Below are positions 27,150 to 41,685 of a stretch of 64,000 bases of DNA, in pieces (the first letter of the stretch is position 1; each line of letters opens with the position of its first letter). Made by a program: the position numbers and the translations under genes. Where the stretch lies: NCBI GenBank assembly GCA_951406725.2, contig OX597822.1, positions 117,924,001-117,988,000 on the forward strand, written 5' to 3'. Under the pieces are notes generated by a model. The model was not told where the DNA came from, made no database searches, and was given only the letters and a program-made list of their open reading frames with translations. This stretch comes from Octopus vulgaris (taxonomy: Eukaryota).

Positions 27150-28326
27150 TACTCAGGCTCAACTCAGCCTCTCCATTACTCAGGCTTACGTACCTTCATG
27201 TTTCAGAGTACGCACCCTAGCTTGTAAAACGCAAATTTCGCGTTCAGTATTGAAGAACTAAAGGCGGTGCATTCTCACCGCTAGCTCGTGATGCCTTCTC
27301 TTCTATGCACATCTTCTATGCGACTATCTAGATTCTCTTCTTTTTTTTATAGTTTTCTATAGGTACCTAGCTGCTTTTAAATTTATTTATTTTTTTGAAA
27401 CCTAGAACGTTCTCGTTCTCAAATCTAATACAAGTAATTGTCTGGGGTCGATTAAATCTTCTAAATGTTTCCCTGAAATTTCTTTTCTTTTCTTTATTTT
27501 AAAGATCGTCCCCGTCGTCGTTGTTATTTTCGTTGTCACTGAGCGTCACACTGTCTCATCTTTTTCTCGTTAGATAAAGAAATTGTACTATTTTATGCAT
27601 TTAATTTTCTTTTATGCATTTCCATTTTGCGCTCGTCCAATTATGTAGCGTTGCATTGTTTTGCCTCGCCTTCGCGTTGCCGAGCATAAATTCACCTCGT
27701 AGCAAACACGGACGCTGCACTTGTTATTGATGCTTCTCTCATTATATTTGTATTATTGCAGCTGCCTTCATGAGAAATATGGAGGCCTCTACGTGTATGA
27801 GGCATTGAAATGGTTTTTCTCTCTGCTCTTCTTTTTAGCTTATTAAAAAAAATTAAATTTCTCCTATCTTGGGGAATCTGTGAGAAAATATAATTAGTAA
27901 TTTGCTTCATTAACTTTACATTTGCCGTGCTCTACATAATTCAATTGAAAGAGTGAATTTCTGTTGTTAACTGGAAAGTAGAAAATATATTGAAGAGAGG
28001 GCGTTGTAACCTGATAGGGCTGAAATTGTGATTAGATGTGAATAAATGTTGAACTGAATAAAGACATGATTGGCAATATTGGGGGAATAGGAACAGAAAG
28101 AATTGGAATGTGAATACGAGAAACAGACAGACAGACAGACACACATATATATAACAAAAGGAGAAGCGTGAAATTAAATAAAAACAATAATAAGCAAATA
28201 AAAATGCAATGATGACTCAGTGAGATGAAGAATGGAAGAAAAACTTAAGAATATTTACAACTGAAGTGAAAAGGAAAGAAAATTATGAATGAAATGGATG
28301 GTTGTGAAATAAAAACAAAAATAAAT

Positions 28327-28335
28327 TGTGTGTGA

Positions 28336-28370
<35 letters not shown>

Positions 28371-28417
28371 TGTGTGTGTGTGTGGCTCTGTGTGTGTGTG
28401 TGGCTCTGTGTGTGTGA

Positions 28418-28460
<43 letters not shown>

Positions 28461-28599
28461 TGTGTGTGTGTGTGTGTGGATCTGTGTGTGTGTGTGTGGA
28501 TCTGTGTGTGTGTGTGTGAATGTGTGTGTGTGTGTGTGTGTGTGGCTCTGTGTGTGTGTGTGGCTCTGTGTGTGTGTGTGTGTGGCTCTGTGTGTGTGA

Positions 28600-28639
<40 letters not shown>

Positions 28640-28660
28640 CTCTGTGTGTGTGTGTGTGGA

Positions 28661-28703
<43 letters not shown>

Positions 28704-28777
28704 CTCTGTGTGTGTGTGTGGCTCTGTGTGTGTGTGTGTGTGTGTGTGTGGCTCTGTGTGTGTGAATGTGTGTGTGA

Positions 28778-28825
<48 letters not shown>

Positions 28826-28881
28826 ATCTGTGTGTGTGTGTGTGAATGTGTGTGTGTGTGTGTGTGTGTGGCTCTGTGTGT
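28327..28881. repeat. Compound (TG)n satellite with recurrent GGCTC, GAA and GGATC interruptions
   Basis: Directly visible. Confidence 0.95.
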
Positions 28882-29614
28882 AAAAAAATATGAGAAAGGG
28901 ATAGGTGCTTGGAAGAGAATAGAAACAAAGAAAAGGCATACAAATTAATATAAGACAATCGCAGTCTATTTTAAGCGACATGTTTGTATTTGAAGGATGT
29001 TTGTAGAGAGTAATCTAATTTTGAAAGAAAGAAAAAACTACGACAAAAAAGCGTCAGAAAGGAGACAGAGGAGAGAGGAATTGTAGAAGTGATGACTAAA
29101 CAGCAGAAGGAAGAGATGGAGATTGAGGAAGGAGATGAAGAAAACAAAGAGCTTTCAAAAAATGAATTGATGAAGGCAAGAATAAAAATAGATGAAAGCG
29201 GGAGGGTGTGAGAAAAGAGGAATCGAGTTAATAGAAAGAAGAAAAAACGATGAGCAGTTTGTAAAAGAAAGAAGGAGACAAGAAGAGAGAAAGAGAGAGA
29301 GAGAGAGAGAGGGGGTGGGGAAAGAGATGAAGTGGAAGAAGATGGAGAGTGATCGAAAAACACAGAGAAATGTATGACGGCATAATTGAACTGATTACTG
29401 GGTGTGTCTTTTGTTCGGTGCAACTGAAGAGTTCTCTGCCAATCAAATCTGTTTCCACCACTTCTCTACACTTACATTTTCTTGCATATTTTCCTTTCGG
29501 AGAAGCACATGACTATCACAATCCCTCGTCTATTTCCTTCACATCTTCAGCACAATGCCTTTGTAAGAACCAACTCATGCGCGCGCCCTCGCCCCCGCAC
29601 ACACATTCACACAC

Positions 29615-29657
<43 letters not shown>

Positions 29658-29722
29658 TATATACATATATTTTTTATTCTTTTATGCGTTTCAGCCCAAG
29701 GGCCATGGCCATGCTGGGGTAC

Positions 29723-29784
<62 letters not shown>

Positions 29785-29792
<8 letters not shown>

Positions 29793-30032
29793 TTATAATT
29801 TAGGGTATTTTGAAATAGCACCCAAAACCTGACTCTAAAACCACTTTAAATGGTCAGATAGCACCAGGAAAAAAGACTGGAGAATATCCAGTAATTTTTT
29901 GCTAGTTTATTTTGTCTTTTTGTAATCTCTACTTGTGTTGTATGAACATTTAATGTGATTTTAGAGTCAGGTTTTGGCTGCTATTTCCAGCATGGCGGTA
30001 TCTCTTAGATACCTCAGATTATAATTTTAATA
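29785..30032. repeat. Inverted-repeat element adjoining (TA)n
   Basis: tattaaaattataat / attataattttaata and gaaatagcacccaaaacctgactctaaaa / ttttagagtcaggttttggctgctatttc. Confidence 0.75.
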
Positions 30033-30108
30033 ATAATTATTACCCTTGAAGGTTTTTATTCCCATGCTGGCCACCTGATGAGATCGATATGTAAATTAAC
30101 GATCTTAT

Positions 30109-30158
<50 letters not shown>

Positions 30159-30159
30159 G

Positions 30160-30195
<36 letters not shown>

Positions 30196-30974
30196 TGTAT
30201 GTGTGTATGTATGTGTGTATATTCTTTCGTTTGAGACTAATTAGCAACAGACCCGGAATTTGATATTCTAGTCCTCTCGGCTAAATGTACTGTGAGACCT
30301 CAGTGATGTTTTCAAAAAACAAAAAACAATTTTAAATCTAGTTTTGCAATTAAAATTCGAAGAATTTGCGTTGCATGATTTCTTGTCAATATATGACTTG
30401 GAAGGGGAAATGTAAATTTAAAGTTGCTCAGATCTTGTTTCCTATTCCCATGAGAGCAAATTTTTTGAAACACTCTTGTACCAATGTTGAACTATGTACA
30501 TTCTTTACTTGTCTCTTACGAGAAACTTACCGGTTTCCAGTCGAATTAGTTATCATTAAACATAAGTAAATTCATATCATTATTTCATACAAGAAATAAA
30601 GCGTATCTGTTGTTTACAACAAACCTGCAGATATCACGATCTTGTGGCATGATTGAATGCAGGACCTTGCAGATATCAGGGCCTTGCTTCTGACTGAATT
30701 TATCATACAACCCAACGCAGATTATAAAATGAGCTCTTTTAAGGGATATATTTACCCTACTTACACTGAGTATATATTCATAAATGAAATAGTTTTGTCT
30801 TAATCTCTGAAGTCCCTCCAGCTGGTTGGAGTTTCTTGGTTTCGGGCCATGCCTTAATCCGGCAGTTATGACTATCAACTGTGGCATATAAGAATATATT
30901 GGACATTGTGTAAGAGAAAATTACTGCCACAGTAGATTAAATTATGGACTGAAACATCAATTTAGAGAGAGAGT

Positions 30975-31011
<37 letters not shown>

Positions 31012-31724
31012 AAAGAACATTCCTAGACAAGGAAATGAAGATGATTTAAATCTCTTTAGAACTAACTGGCAGGTTTTTCATCTGGATTTTTGACGATGTC
31101 GTGCAAAATTAGACATATACAAACTGAAATACAAACAGCAAATGACTTAATGAATTATATAATTATGACTGTGGAGTATGTAATTTATAGAAAAACCACT
31201 GGGTATTCGGAAGATCTATGCTAAGTCAGCATAACAATTCCCATCCGTTTCTTTGTCATAGTTGCAGAAATTCCAAGTTTTAGAGTTGCCCAAAGTATTG
31301 CTGTATGGCATATTAGACAGGTGAAACATTACTTGGGTGGAAACACCGTTGGGAGTCAGATAAGAGATTCCAACGTCTGTTTGGTATTCTAAAACTTGGT
31401 CTCTGTTGCTATTTTCTGAGAATGTATGGAATGTCTTTCCAGAGACCTCAAGTGTCCTAGTCTTTAAGACAGCAAGCTTAATTATAGCTAATTTATAAAA
31501 GATATGCGAAAAGTTGTGCTACTGCAAGCTAGTTTGAACGAAGTGATTTTGTTGGTCATGAGATAAGTAAATTGCTGGTAATTGAAGTAAAAAGATACTT
31601 ATGCTGGGAACATACTTATTATTATTATTAATACTTCTGCCGCAGCCATAAAGGTGAAGAGAAAAATGATTATTATCATTATTTATTATTATTATTTAAT
31701 TGAACACCGAGCATCCATATCCAA

Positions 31725-31767
<43 letters not shown>

Positions 31768-33015
31768 GATTTAACTTGTTACCGCTCAGTCATTTACTTC
31801 AATGCTATTCTCATTTACTTCCTCTTCGACACATTGTTATTCTGACAAACTTGGAAATTAGGTGAAGTCTTAGATATTGTAACTAAGAAATCTTCTACTA
31901 AACTAAGTGTATATCGTAGTATTCAAGAAATATGCTCATAAGTTGATTTACACAAATGCCACAACATTGTACACGTAAAAATATTTGCCATTCTCTCTCG
32001 TTGTGGAGCATACAGTTTGTTTTCCTGTCATGTGTAATGGCGATGTCAACATAAACGACAACATGGTATAATTCCGAGATCATTTACAACAATTAATGGT
32101 TCAGTGTAATTGAATGATTCGTAAAAATATTAATGTTTTGCCTGGATTTTAAGCCTCACATAATGTTTCAACATCTCGTTGTTCGAGGTAGTTGCTGTTA
32201 AGGTGAAACTAATTTACACCATAACACTAGACAATAGAATTACCTTTCAAACAAGATTAGGGAAATAATGTTCTAATTTAAATCTCTAGAATACATATAT
32301 GTCTAGACACAAAGTTCTAGAATTATAGAAGGTACACAAATCAAATATCGTACTGTCCAAACGGTGCGTTTAATTGTTATACATTTCTGAACATAGACAA
32401 CCTTTAGCACATTATTTTGATTCGGGAAATATAATTTCTGAAACATTATTTTTGGAGTAATGACTTCTTTTATCCAACTGTATCGCCAAAATAAAATTAT
32501 TCCCAGTATATTCCTGCTGTCACTGTCGATAATTTAAAGCAAACAGGACGGAAATATTTAAGGCGTTTCGCCGTTTCTATCAATTCCTTGCCTTGTAATA
32601 ATAGTCATTATAAATGTTGGTTGGTCGGTTGGTTTTTTTGTTTGTTTGGTTGGCTGGTTGGTTGATTGGTTCGTTCGTTGGCACTAAGAAATGTGGTAAA
32701 AATTAAGTTATAATTATTATAGTATGCCGTATTTTCTGATATTACCCATGACGGAAAAATTGTACTTCCAAAGCTACCAATCATATGGCGTTTAACACCT
32801 AGTTCTTCAATAAAATTTGATAACTAACCACCAAAAATCGAATAGTTCCCATTTATATTTCACCCGTACACTAAATAAAATTTTCTTTGATCGATACAAT
32901 GAGCATAATCTACTCTTTGTTGCAAAAGTGGACCGTAACTAGTTGAACATAGATATGCTGATTAAAATCAGGAATAAGGATAAGGATTTTGATATCTAAT
33001 ATATTAGAAGAATTA

Positions 33016-33223
33016 AGGCAGCGAGATGGCAGAATGGTTAGCACGCGAGGCAAAATGCTTATCGGCATTTCGTCCGTCTTTATGTTCTGAGTTGAAATTA
33101 GGCCGCGATTGACTTTGCCTTTCATCGTTTGATAAAATAAGTGCATATTGAGCACTGGTAGTGATGTTATCGACTTAAACGCTTCCCTTCAATTGCTGGC
33201 CTTGTACCAAAAATTGAAATCAA
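33016..33223 (+). mobile_element. SINE family B
   Basis: aggcagcgagatggcagaatggttagcacg..gactttgcctttcatc. Confidence 0.85.
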
Positions 33224-34460
33224 TATATTAGAAGAATAAAATATATGTAACAGGGAATTGAAACCAGATTTCTAGATTCCGGTATTTGTACTCTAATTTA
33301 CGACGCTTTTTTTATTAGCTTAGTCCAAAAAAAGGAGTAATGCCCATCTCTTTCTCAGACACTCCCAAAACACTAAGGCAAATGCGACTACTTCGTTTTT
33401 GTATCTCTGCAGACACAACAAATGCAATTATCACTCTGCTTAAACTGTTGTGAAATGACGGCTGCAGAAAAGACATGTGCAGAGTATTCCAGAGAACCGA
33501 GATTCTGAGAGTGGAAAACAGAAAGGTAATGATTAGCGCGGTCCCAGGGTTCAGGGTTGGATGCTACATGGCTGATAGAAGAAGGGGCAAAGGGGTTGAG
33601 AGTCTCTGAATGGAAATGAATAGCTGTTTTGAAAGGGCAAACACCAAAGGGACAATAGATAACAACAAAAACTAGGAAACAAAATATCTGTAGACTTGAG
33701 GCAGAACCGTGTCTGTGAGTGCATTTTTAAAGAATTGGTTAAGTGATCTTCTGGATGAGATGCAGAATGACTGTTGACATAGCAACAACACTGCTCAAGA
33801 TGTAGGAACAACGTTCTATTGTGGATCTCGCCTGTGTTTTGTAGAACTTTAGCTGTTGTTTGTTATAAATGCATCTAACATTCTAAATATTTGTGTTAAA
33901 TAATTTAATATATTTCTTCATTTTTTTTTGCTTTAAAGGAACTTCTTCTATTGAAAACTAACATCAGTGGTAAGTAGGATTTATTTCATAGCATTTCAGA
34001 GATTTATTTCTTAGATTATTGTCTTATTTTTGACTGAGTGAAACAATTCTTGATATTTCAGGCGAGAGATCTAATGAAAACTGGGGCTTCATACGATTTA
34101 AACGTTTCGAGGATATTACAGAAACACATGTATACACTCTTGTGAGACGAAAGGCAAATCCAGTCCTTTTGTATTTTAATACTGAATCGAAGAAAGAAAG
34201 AATTAAATTTATACACGATGTAAAGGAAGTGAATTCGCTTCAACTGCCATTGAGATTATTTCGAAGTTTCGGAGTTGTTGGGAAGCTTAACGCTGTTTTA
34301 GAGGTTTAAAAACATTTATAGAAACCAGCGATAAAACCGATGGAATCAATGCAGAACTATAGTGATATTGTCATATTAGCACTAATATTTGCGCATCTAT
34401 TGTATTCATGTCGATGGTATTGCTTATAGTGTGATATCTGTGTTAGTTTTATTATTATTA

Positions 34461-34505
<45 letters not shown>

Positions 34506-35450
34506 TATGTTTGACTTTGCTTCATGTTTGTACAAGTTGGCTCCAAGTCTCACCCAGAGACCTCAAGAGACAACAGGTTGGAAGTTCACGTTGTTGTTAT
34601 GCCTAGTGTGCCATATATTTGGGGGGTTTTTTTGGTGTTGTACTAGTGAATGTCGAATAAATAAATTTTTTTTAAAAGTTTGTTTTAAACCTTGGGATTA
34701 CATAGAGAGTATTTTGCGTAGGATATGAGCAGTTCCAATGAGCACTATCTTTTGAATTTCTGCCATTTTGGGGTTTTCTGGTATCTGAGTTAGGTAGCAA
34801 TCAACCCCTTTCGCTATCATTCCCAGGCCTCTATGACAACAGGTATTGTTTTAGTCTTGAGGTTCCACATTTTGCTGATTTCTATTTCAAGATCTTTATA
34901 TTTGCTCAGGTTTTGGTAGGTCTTGACAGATACGTTTATATCGATTGGGACACTCATATCAATGAGGAGGCATGTTCTTTGTCTGAAGTCTTTCAATATG
35001 ACGTCTGGCCTATTTGCATCTATCTTTCTGTCAGTTTGAATGGTGAAGTTCCAAAGGAGTGAGATGTGGTCATTTTCAAGCACTGGAGGTGGATTGTGTT
35101 CCCACCAGTTTTTGTCATGGGGCAAATCCAGGTTTTTGCAAATTACCCAGTGAATATATTGTGCAGCTCTATCATGCCTGTTGAGGTACTCTGTAGGCGC
35201 TAGAAGACTGCACTTGGAGACAACATGATCAATGGTTTCATTTTGTTGTCGACATACACGACATGTTGGGCTACTGCCGTTCTTTAATATGTTGGCCTGG
35301 TAGTTTCTTGTTGGTAGGCATTGATCTTGAGCTGCTATGATAAACCCTTCTGTTTCAGATTTTAAGCCAGAGGCCATTAACCATTGAGGGTCAGGGCTTT
35401 GTCAATATCTGCATTATTCGCTCTCTTTGGGTATTTGCCATAGAGAGTTT
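34506..35450 (-). mobile_element. R4/Dong-type retrotransposon 3' part (CCHC finger + RLE), subfamily 2
   Basis: ORF 34817-35377: ETEGFIIAAQDQCL..CRVC...ETIDHVVSKC..YLNRHD..IHW..ANRPDVIL..IDMSVP..KYKDLEIE; bounded by (ATT)n. Confidence 0.92.
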
Positions 35451-35458
35451 TTTTATTA

Positions 35459-35515
<57 letters not shown>

Positions 35516-36760
35516 GCCTTTGCACAGCTTCTAACGCCGGAGATGTACTACGGTGTCAGCTGTTCACTACAGGTGAACTAAGGTAACACCTCTTATTTTT
35601 CGAGCACCTTCCGGAGTACTCGAGCGGTTCCAAGCAATGCTGTTTTCTGCAAGTGCTCCACCCTCATTGCAGCCCCTATTTGTTCCATGTACTTCTCAAG
35701 GTTTTTACTCACTGTTCCCAGGGCTTCGACAACTATTGGCACCACTACCACCTTTTTCATCGACCACAACTGCTTAACTTCCCTAGCTAACCTGTCATAT
35801 CTCTCGACTTTTCTTTTTTCCTTATCGCATAACCAGTTGTCAGCTGGACATGCTATGTCTATGATCCAGCATTGTTTGCTTTCTTTCACAATTAAGACTA
35901 TGTCTGGATTCCTATTCTCTATCTCATGGTCCCACTAAATCATAAAATCTCATAGGATCTTTGCATTATCATTTTCGATGATGCCTTCGGGTTTGTGGTC
36001 GGACCAATTTTTTGCTCTCTCAAGTCCTTACTTGTTGCAAAGTGTCCAATGGACAATCCTTGCTATATGGTCGTGGCATCTCTTATATTCCTTCTGGGCT
36101 CGTGACGTACTTTGGCTGGTTATATGCCATACGGTTTAACTATTTTGTCCACAGATTCTGCACTTATCACTTTCTGATGTGTTGTCTGTTCTGTATTTTA
36201 TGTAGTTTGTTCTTAGTGCTTGTTCTTGGTCAGCACAGATTAGAACCTCTGTTTCCGGTTTGGGATCACTTTTAGTCATCCATAGCCATCTTTTTTCTCT
36301 GTCTGTCTTATCTTCAACAGCTCTATGAAATTGTACATGCATTCTTTTCTTGTATAGTGCTTTATCTTAGCAATCTTTCATCCTACACAAGCCTGACCTT
36401 CTTCTAATAATAGCGGTTCTGTGGCATTTTTTTACATACCATGCTATGTTGCTTTCTTCTGCTCTAATGCTGTGTTCACATTCAATAAGTCATATTCCCC
36501 GCTTCTTTTTTCTTTGTACATATAGTCTATCTGTGTCTCTATATGGGTGGAGTGTCCCATATCTAGTCAGCAACTTCCTTGTCTTTCTGTCTAAGCTGTT
36601 TAGTTCGTCTACTTTCCATACGATTACCCCTGCTCCATATCTAAGGAGTGAAACCGCCCAAGTGTTGATAGCTTCAATCTTATTCCGTCCGTTTCATTTA
36701 GACTTAAGAATCAGTCTCAGTCTGCGCAAGGACTCCACCTTAAATTTTTTTATCTGCCTT
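35516..36760 (-). mobile_element. R4/Dong-type retrotransposon (RT end + CCHC + RLE), subfamily 3, frameshifted
   Basis: NKIEAINTWAVSLLRYGAG..LDRKTRKLL..; ETEVLICADQEQALRTNY..CRICG; WIIDIACPAD..VVPIVVEALGTV..LQKTALLGTARVLRKVLEK*. Confidence 0.92.
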
Positions 36761-36764
36761 ATAA

Positions 36765-36982
36765 CCAGTACTTACATCTTGTTAAGCCTGATACTTATTA
36801 TATCAATCTGCTTCGTCGAAACGCTAAGTTACGGGGATGTAAACACACTAATACCGGTTATCAAACGGTACGGTGGGACAAACACATACACACACACGTA
36901 TGTGTGTATGTATGTATGTATGTATGTATGTATGTATGTATGTATGTATGTATGTATTATGTATGTGTGTGTGTGTTTGTGC

Positions 36983-37023
<41 letters not shown>

Positions 37024-37183
37024 TATAAACAGACTTCTTTCAGTTTCTGCCTACCAAATTTACTCACAAGGCTTTGGTCGGCCCGAAGTTATAGTAGAAA
37101 ACACTCGCCCAAGTTGTCGCGCAGTGGGACTGAACCCGGAACATGTGGCTGGCAAGCAAGTTTCCCACCACACAGCTACGCCT
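36765..37183 (-). mobile_element. SINE family A
   Basis: Head 37030-37183, body 36765-36885, internal microsatellite. Confidence 0.85.
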
Positions 37184-38140
37184 ACACTTATAAACATAAA
37201 AAATATAACCACACTATTTCAAAGTGCAGCTGATCATTATTTGTTAGACTCCAATACGTTATTACAGTGCAGTAAACCTGTTTCGTTCATTTTAAATCAG
37301 CTTTTCTGATTACTATTTATCTCTGGTAGGGGCAACGTATCATGTTTTTTTAATTACTTGGTTATATTAATAATGATGTTTTATGCCACAGAACACAATT
37401 AAATTCTGAACTTTAAGTGAAATCTATGCTATTTTGTAGTAAATTCTATTGTAACATAACGAAGGAGATTCAAGTTATTGGACTATAGAACTTATCTAAA
37501 AATATTTCATATTCGATATATAAAAGATTTCAAAGAAGTCTTTTTTAAAAATAAAATACAGTTGTTTAAAATGTGAAGTTATATATGAATCATACACAAA
37601 TCTCGTTTACACGATTATAGATTACATATAAATAGATTAAAGATATTTCCTGTTGTTTATAAACTAAAATATTGGATTAGTATTTGTATTTCAGTGGACT
37701 TTTAAGACGTTTGATAAATCGAAACATTGTACAGATATACTTCTTACAATTTTAAAATTTTATATAAGAACTCGTAGCATATATTTTGATCAAATTTGCA
37801 ACCTGTCACCTCATTTATATACATAGACTGCCAAAGGAACATGTTGCTACAGATACATACATATTAATATATAAATACACACATACTTACATGCATATGT
37901 GTTATTCTTTTACATATTTATGTACTGTCTGCGGTCGTGCAGGGAAACAACGTTGTTAGTTTTAATCAAGCCAATAGACTCCAATAGTTTATTCTATAGT
38001 TAACTCTATATACTGGTTCTCAGGAGTTCAGTTAATCGTTTTGTAAATGTGAAGTAATTATATTCAAAATTATTTCAATAATAGAAAAAAAAACAATATA
38101 AAATAACAAGGAACATGAGTATAATATAGTTTTCTCTTAC

Positions 38141-38356
38141 AGCGGCAAGCTGGCAGAACGGTTACCACGCCCGACAAAATGGTTAGTGGTATTCCATCCG
38201 TCTTTACGTTCTCAGTTCATATTCCGCCGTGGTCGGCTTTGCCTTTCATCCATTCAGGGTCGATAAAATAAGTATCAGTTGAGCACTAGGATCGATGTAA
38301 TCGACTTATTCCCACCTCACGAAATTTCTCCTCTTGTGCCAAAATTTGAAACCAAT
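38141..38356 (+). mobile_element. SINE family B
   Basis: gcggcaagctggcagaacggtta..ggctttgcctttcatcc..gggtcgataaaataagt. Confidence 0.9.
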
Positions 38357-38358
38357 AC

Positions 38359-38408
<50 letters not shown>

Positions 38409-39010
38409 CTCTTATCGCTTTGTTGTATCACAATTCAACGTTTAGGAACAGTTTTTACTCCATGTCGACTTTAACGTGATCTTCGTGAAATTCGCACTTG
38501 ATTCAAAATTTAATCTAATATAATTATAAATTTCAAATTGAATTTGTAAAGTGAAATTAATATAAATATAGCAAACTGTTCAAATTATCTACGACTCTTT
38601 CACTGGATAAAATATAGTATTACTATTAAAGAAACATTTGAATGAAAGCATGCAGGAACTACTATATAGAATTGTTAAAAATTTATAAATATTCTCTGTA
38701 TATTTGAGTGTGAAATAAGACAATGAATTCTCGCTAATATTGTCTCTTAGATGCAAAAGATTTATTGATCTGTTGAAATTTTGTTACGCGAATACAATAT
38801 TCTTCAAACAAAACTACTACACAGAATGATGATTGATGGAGGAAAAGAGAGACTAAATTGGTTTTATCCCAATAGGATTATAATGACAGTGAAAGGAAAA
38901 GATAAAATTGAGAAATTTATTGAAAATAACAACAAAATAGAAAATATTTGAATTCATAACTATTTACCTTTCTATCTATTTATCTATCTTTCTATATCTC
39001 TATCTATTTG

Positions 39011-39072
<62 letters not shown>

Positions 39073-39194
39073 AATCAATCTATCTATAATTATGTAGATA
39101 ATATATCTATCTGTAATGATACATGTATGTGTGAACATATATATATATGTACACATTTATATACGTGTGTCTATGTGTGTACACACACACACAC

Positions 39195-39249
<55 letters not shown>

Positions 39250-39270
39250 TATATAATATGCAATATACAT

Positions 39271-39682
39271 AGGCGCAGGAGTGGCTGTGTGGAAAGTAGC
39301 TTCCTTACTAACCACATGGTTCCGAGTTCAGTTCCACTGCGTGGCACCTTGGGCAAGTGTTTTCTACTATAGCCTCGGGCCGACCAAAGCCTTGTGAGTA
39401 GATTTGGTAGACGGAAACTGAAAGAAGCCCGTCGATATATGTATATGTGTATATATATATGTATGTGTGTGTATGTTTGTGTGTCTGTGTTTGTCCCCCC
39501 ACCATTGCCTGACAAGCGATGATGGTGTGGTTATGTCCCCGTAATCTAGCGATTTGGGAAAAGGGAGCGATAGAATAAGTGGTAGACTTAGAAATAATAA
39601 GTCCTGGAGTTGATTTCTACGACTAAAACCCTTAAGGTGGTGCTCCAGCATGGCCACAGTCAAATGACTGAAACAAGTAAAA

Positions 39683-39685
<3 letters not shown>
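39271..39685 (+). mobile_element. SINE family A, full length (tRNA-derived head, internal (TA)(TG) tract)
   Basis: aggcgcaggagTGGCTGTGTGG..ccgAGTTCAGTTCCactgcgtggcaccttgggcaagtg...gactgaaacaagtaaaaga. Confidence 0.92.
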
Positions 39686-39719
<34 letters not shown>

Positions 39720-40519
39720 CAAATTTACACACACACATATTTATATATCTCCCTCTTTATATCTTTCTCTCTCTCTCTCTCCATATATATATATATATAT
39801 ATATATATCTTCGTATAAATACCTATAAACATAATTATAGATATAACGAATAATGCCCAGACTTGACAGCAAAGCAATATCTGCAGATTCTTTTTTCTTG
39901 TGTCAACGTATCCAGTCATATTGACAGGGCAGCAGACGACTCACTAATTGTATTGGTGAATCGGATTCAGCAAATTGCATTGTGAGATGTTCGTGACGAA
40001 GCAGTGAGCTATCAACAGCTGAACATTTTTTTGTAAGATGTTGCCGCAAGAGGCACGACTTACTGCAGTAAATATTGACAGCAATCTGCAATTCTTCTAA
40101 CCAACTTTATAACAATCATAAATGAGAAAAAGTGTCTTTGTTGCTGCTTAGATCCGAGGTCTCCTCTAATCTAGAAGATCTAAGCCGTGTTTATGTGAAC
40201 GCAAGGAGTAAAATGAGGTACGCTATTGGCAGATGATGATGCAGTGTGCATTATTAAACCTTACATGGAATGAGCAGCAGCATTATTTACTCTTATACGG
40301 AGTGCAGAAAAATAAACAATACTGCAATTATAGCATTTAGAGTTCGTTGGTGCCGTTCACCAGTTTAGCAGGATTACATTCAAGAGATCTTTACCAATTT
40401 CACGAACACCTATGAAAATCCTTTTCCATTAAACACTTTCACATTTTTATTTCTATTTTCTTCCACTCTAATATCTTATAATTTCTAGTAAAATCCATAT
40501 AGACTATTTGGTAACTACT

Positions 40520-40570
<51 letters not shown>

Positions 40571-41518
40571 CTTGGTCATTGCCATATTTTCTGCAAGCTG
40601 TCACAAAATGATAGTGCTGCCATAAGTTGGTCAATCAAAATTCTTTAATAACACATCTAATATTTCTTGTAATAAATATTTCCTCTCACAATAATGACTG
40701 AAATAAAGACAAACAATGTCGAATTGCTGACGCCTTTTCCTCGACAGACATTTTATGGTTAAGAAGCGATTTAAACTTTGAATCTGTCATTTGCGTTTGC
40801 TATGAGATATACAAAATCGGGATTGAGCGGTTCTGCTTCTTCTGAGACAGTAGGGATTAGAACCCTGAGATCCTGTTTGAAAGAGAAGTCTATGATTTCA
40901 ATCGCAGTCAGATAAATATTCGTGTGAATAACGAACAAACGTTGATTTTAAAAACAACAGACAAATAGAATAGGTGACCTCAACATTCCGATAGTATCTT
41001 TTTCTTATCAATGATAGTTGGTTTATACCGTTAAGTTAGACGATAGAATACTGTAACACTTTTATTTATATGTGCTATATGCTAAAAGTAATAAACGCAT
41101 TTTTTGCCATGAAAACTCAATGAATGCCTTTGGTGTATTGACTGCAGTGATATCTAGTGATGTCGTAGCATAGTTACTACATAGTTTTTCATTTGACCAC
41201 AATATTCAGTCAACCTTCCTAGTTGTCTTTGAACGCATAATAATTTTTATGTTGCGTTTCCTTTCACGAGTCATTAGGTCGCCTGTTATCTCATCAAAAG
41301 CGATGGAATTATTCCATCATCTGAATTAAAGCGATAACTTAAATAACCAAAGCATTTAACAACAAACATTTTTCGCATTCTACGTTGGAAATAACTTTCA
41401 TCTTTAGCTTGTTTTATGCTGGGGAACCGTATCGAATGGATTTAGTGGAACAAACCGACACCAGTTGCGAGGAGTTAAATCGATACAGGTTTCTTTACAT
41501 CCCAAACACACAGACATA

Positions 41519-41549
<31 letters not shown>

Positions 41550-41685
41550 TAAAGAGCGTGTGTGTGTGCATGTATTTATATATGTATCTATATGAGTGTG
41601 TGTGCTTGTTTGTTTGTATGTATGTATATATTTGCCTGTGAGTGTGTGCGTGTGTGTGCGTGCGTATACGTTCGTGCATGCAAGT

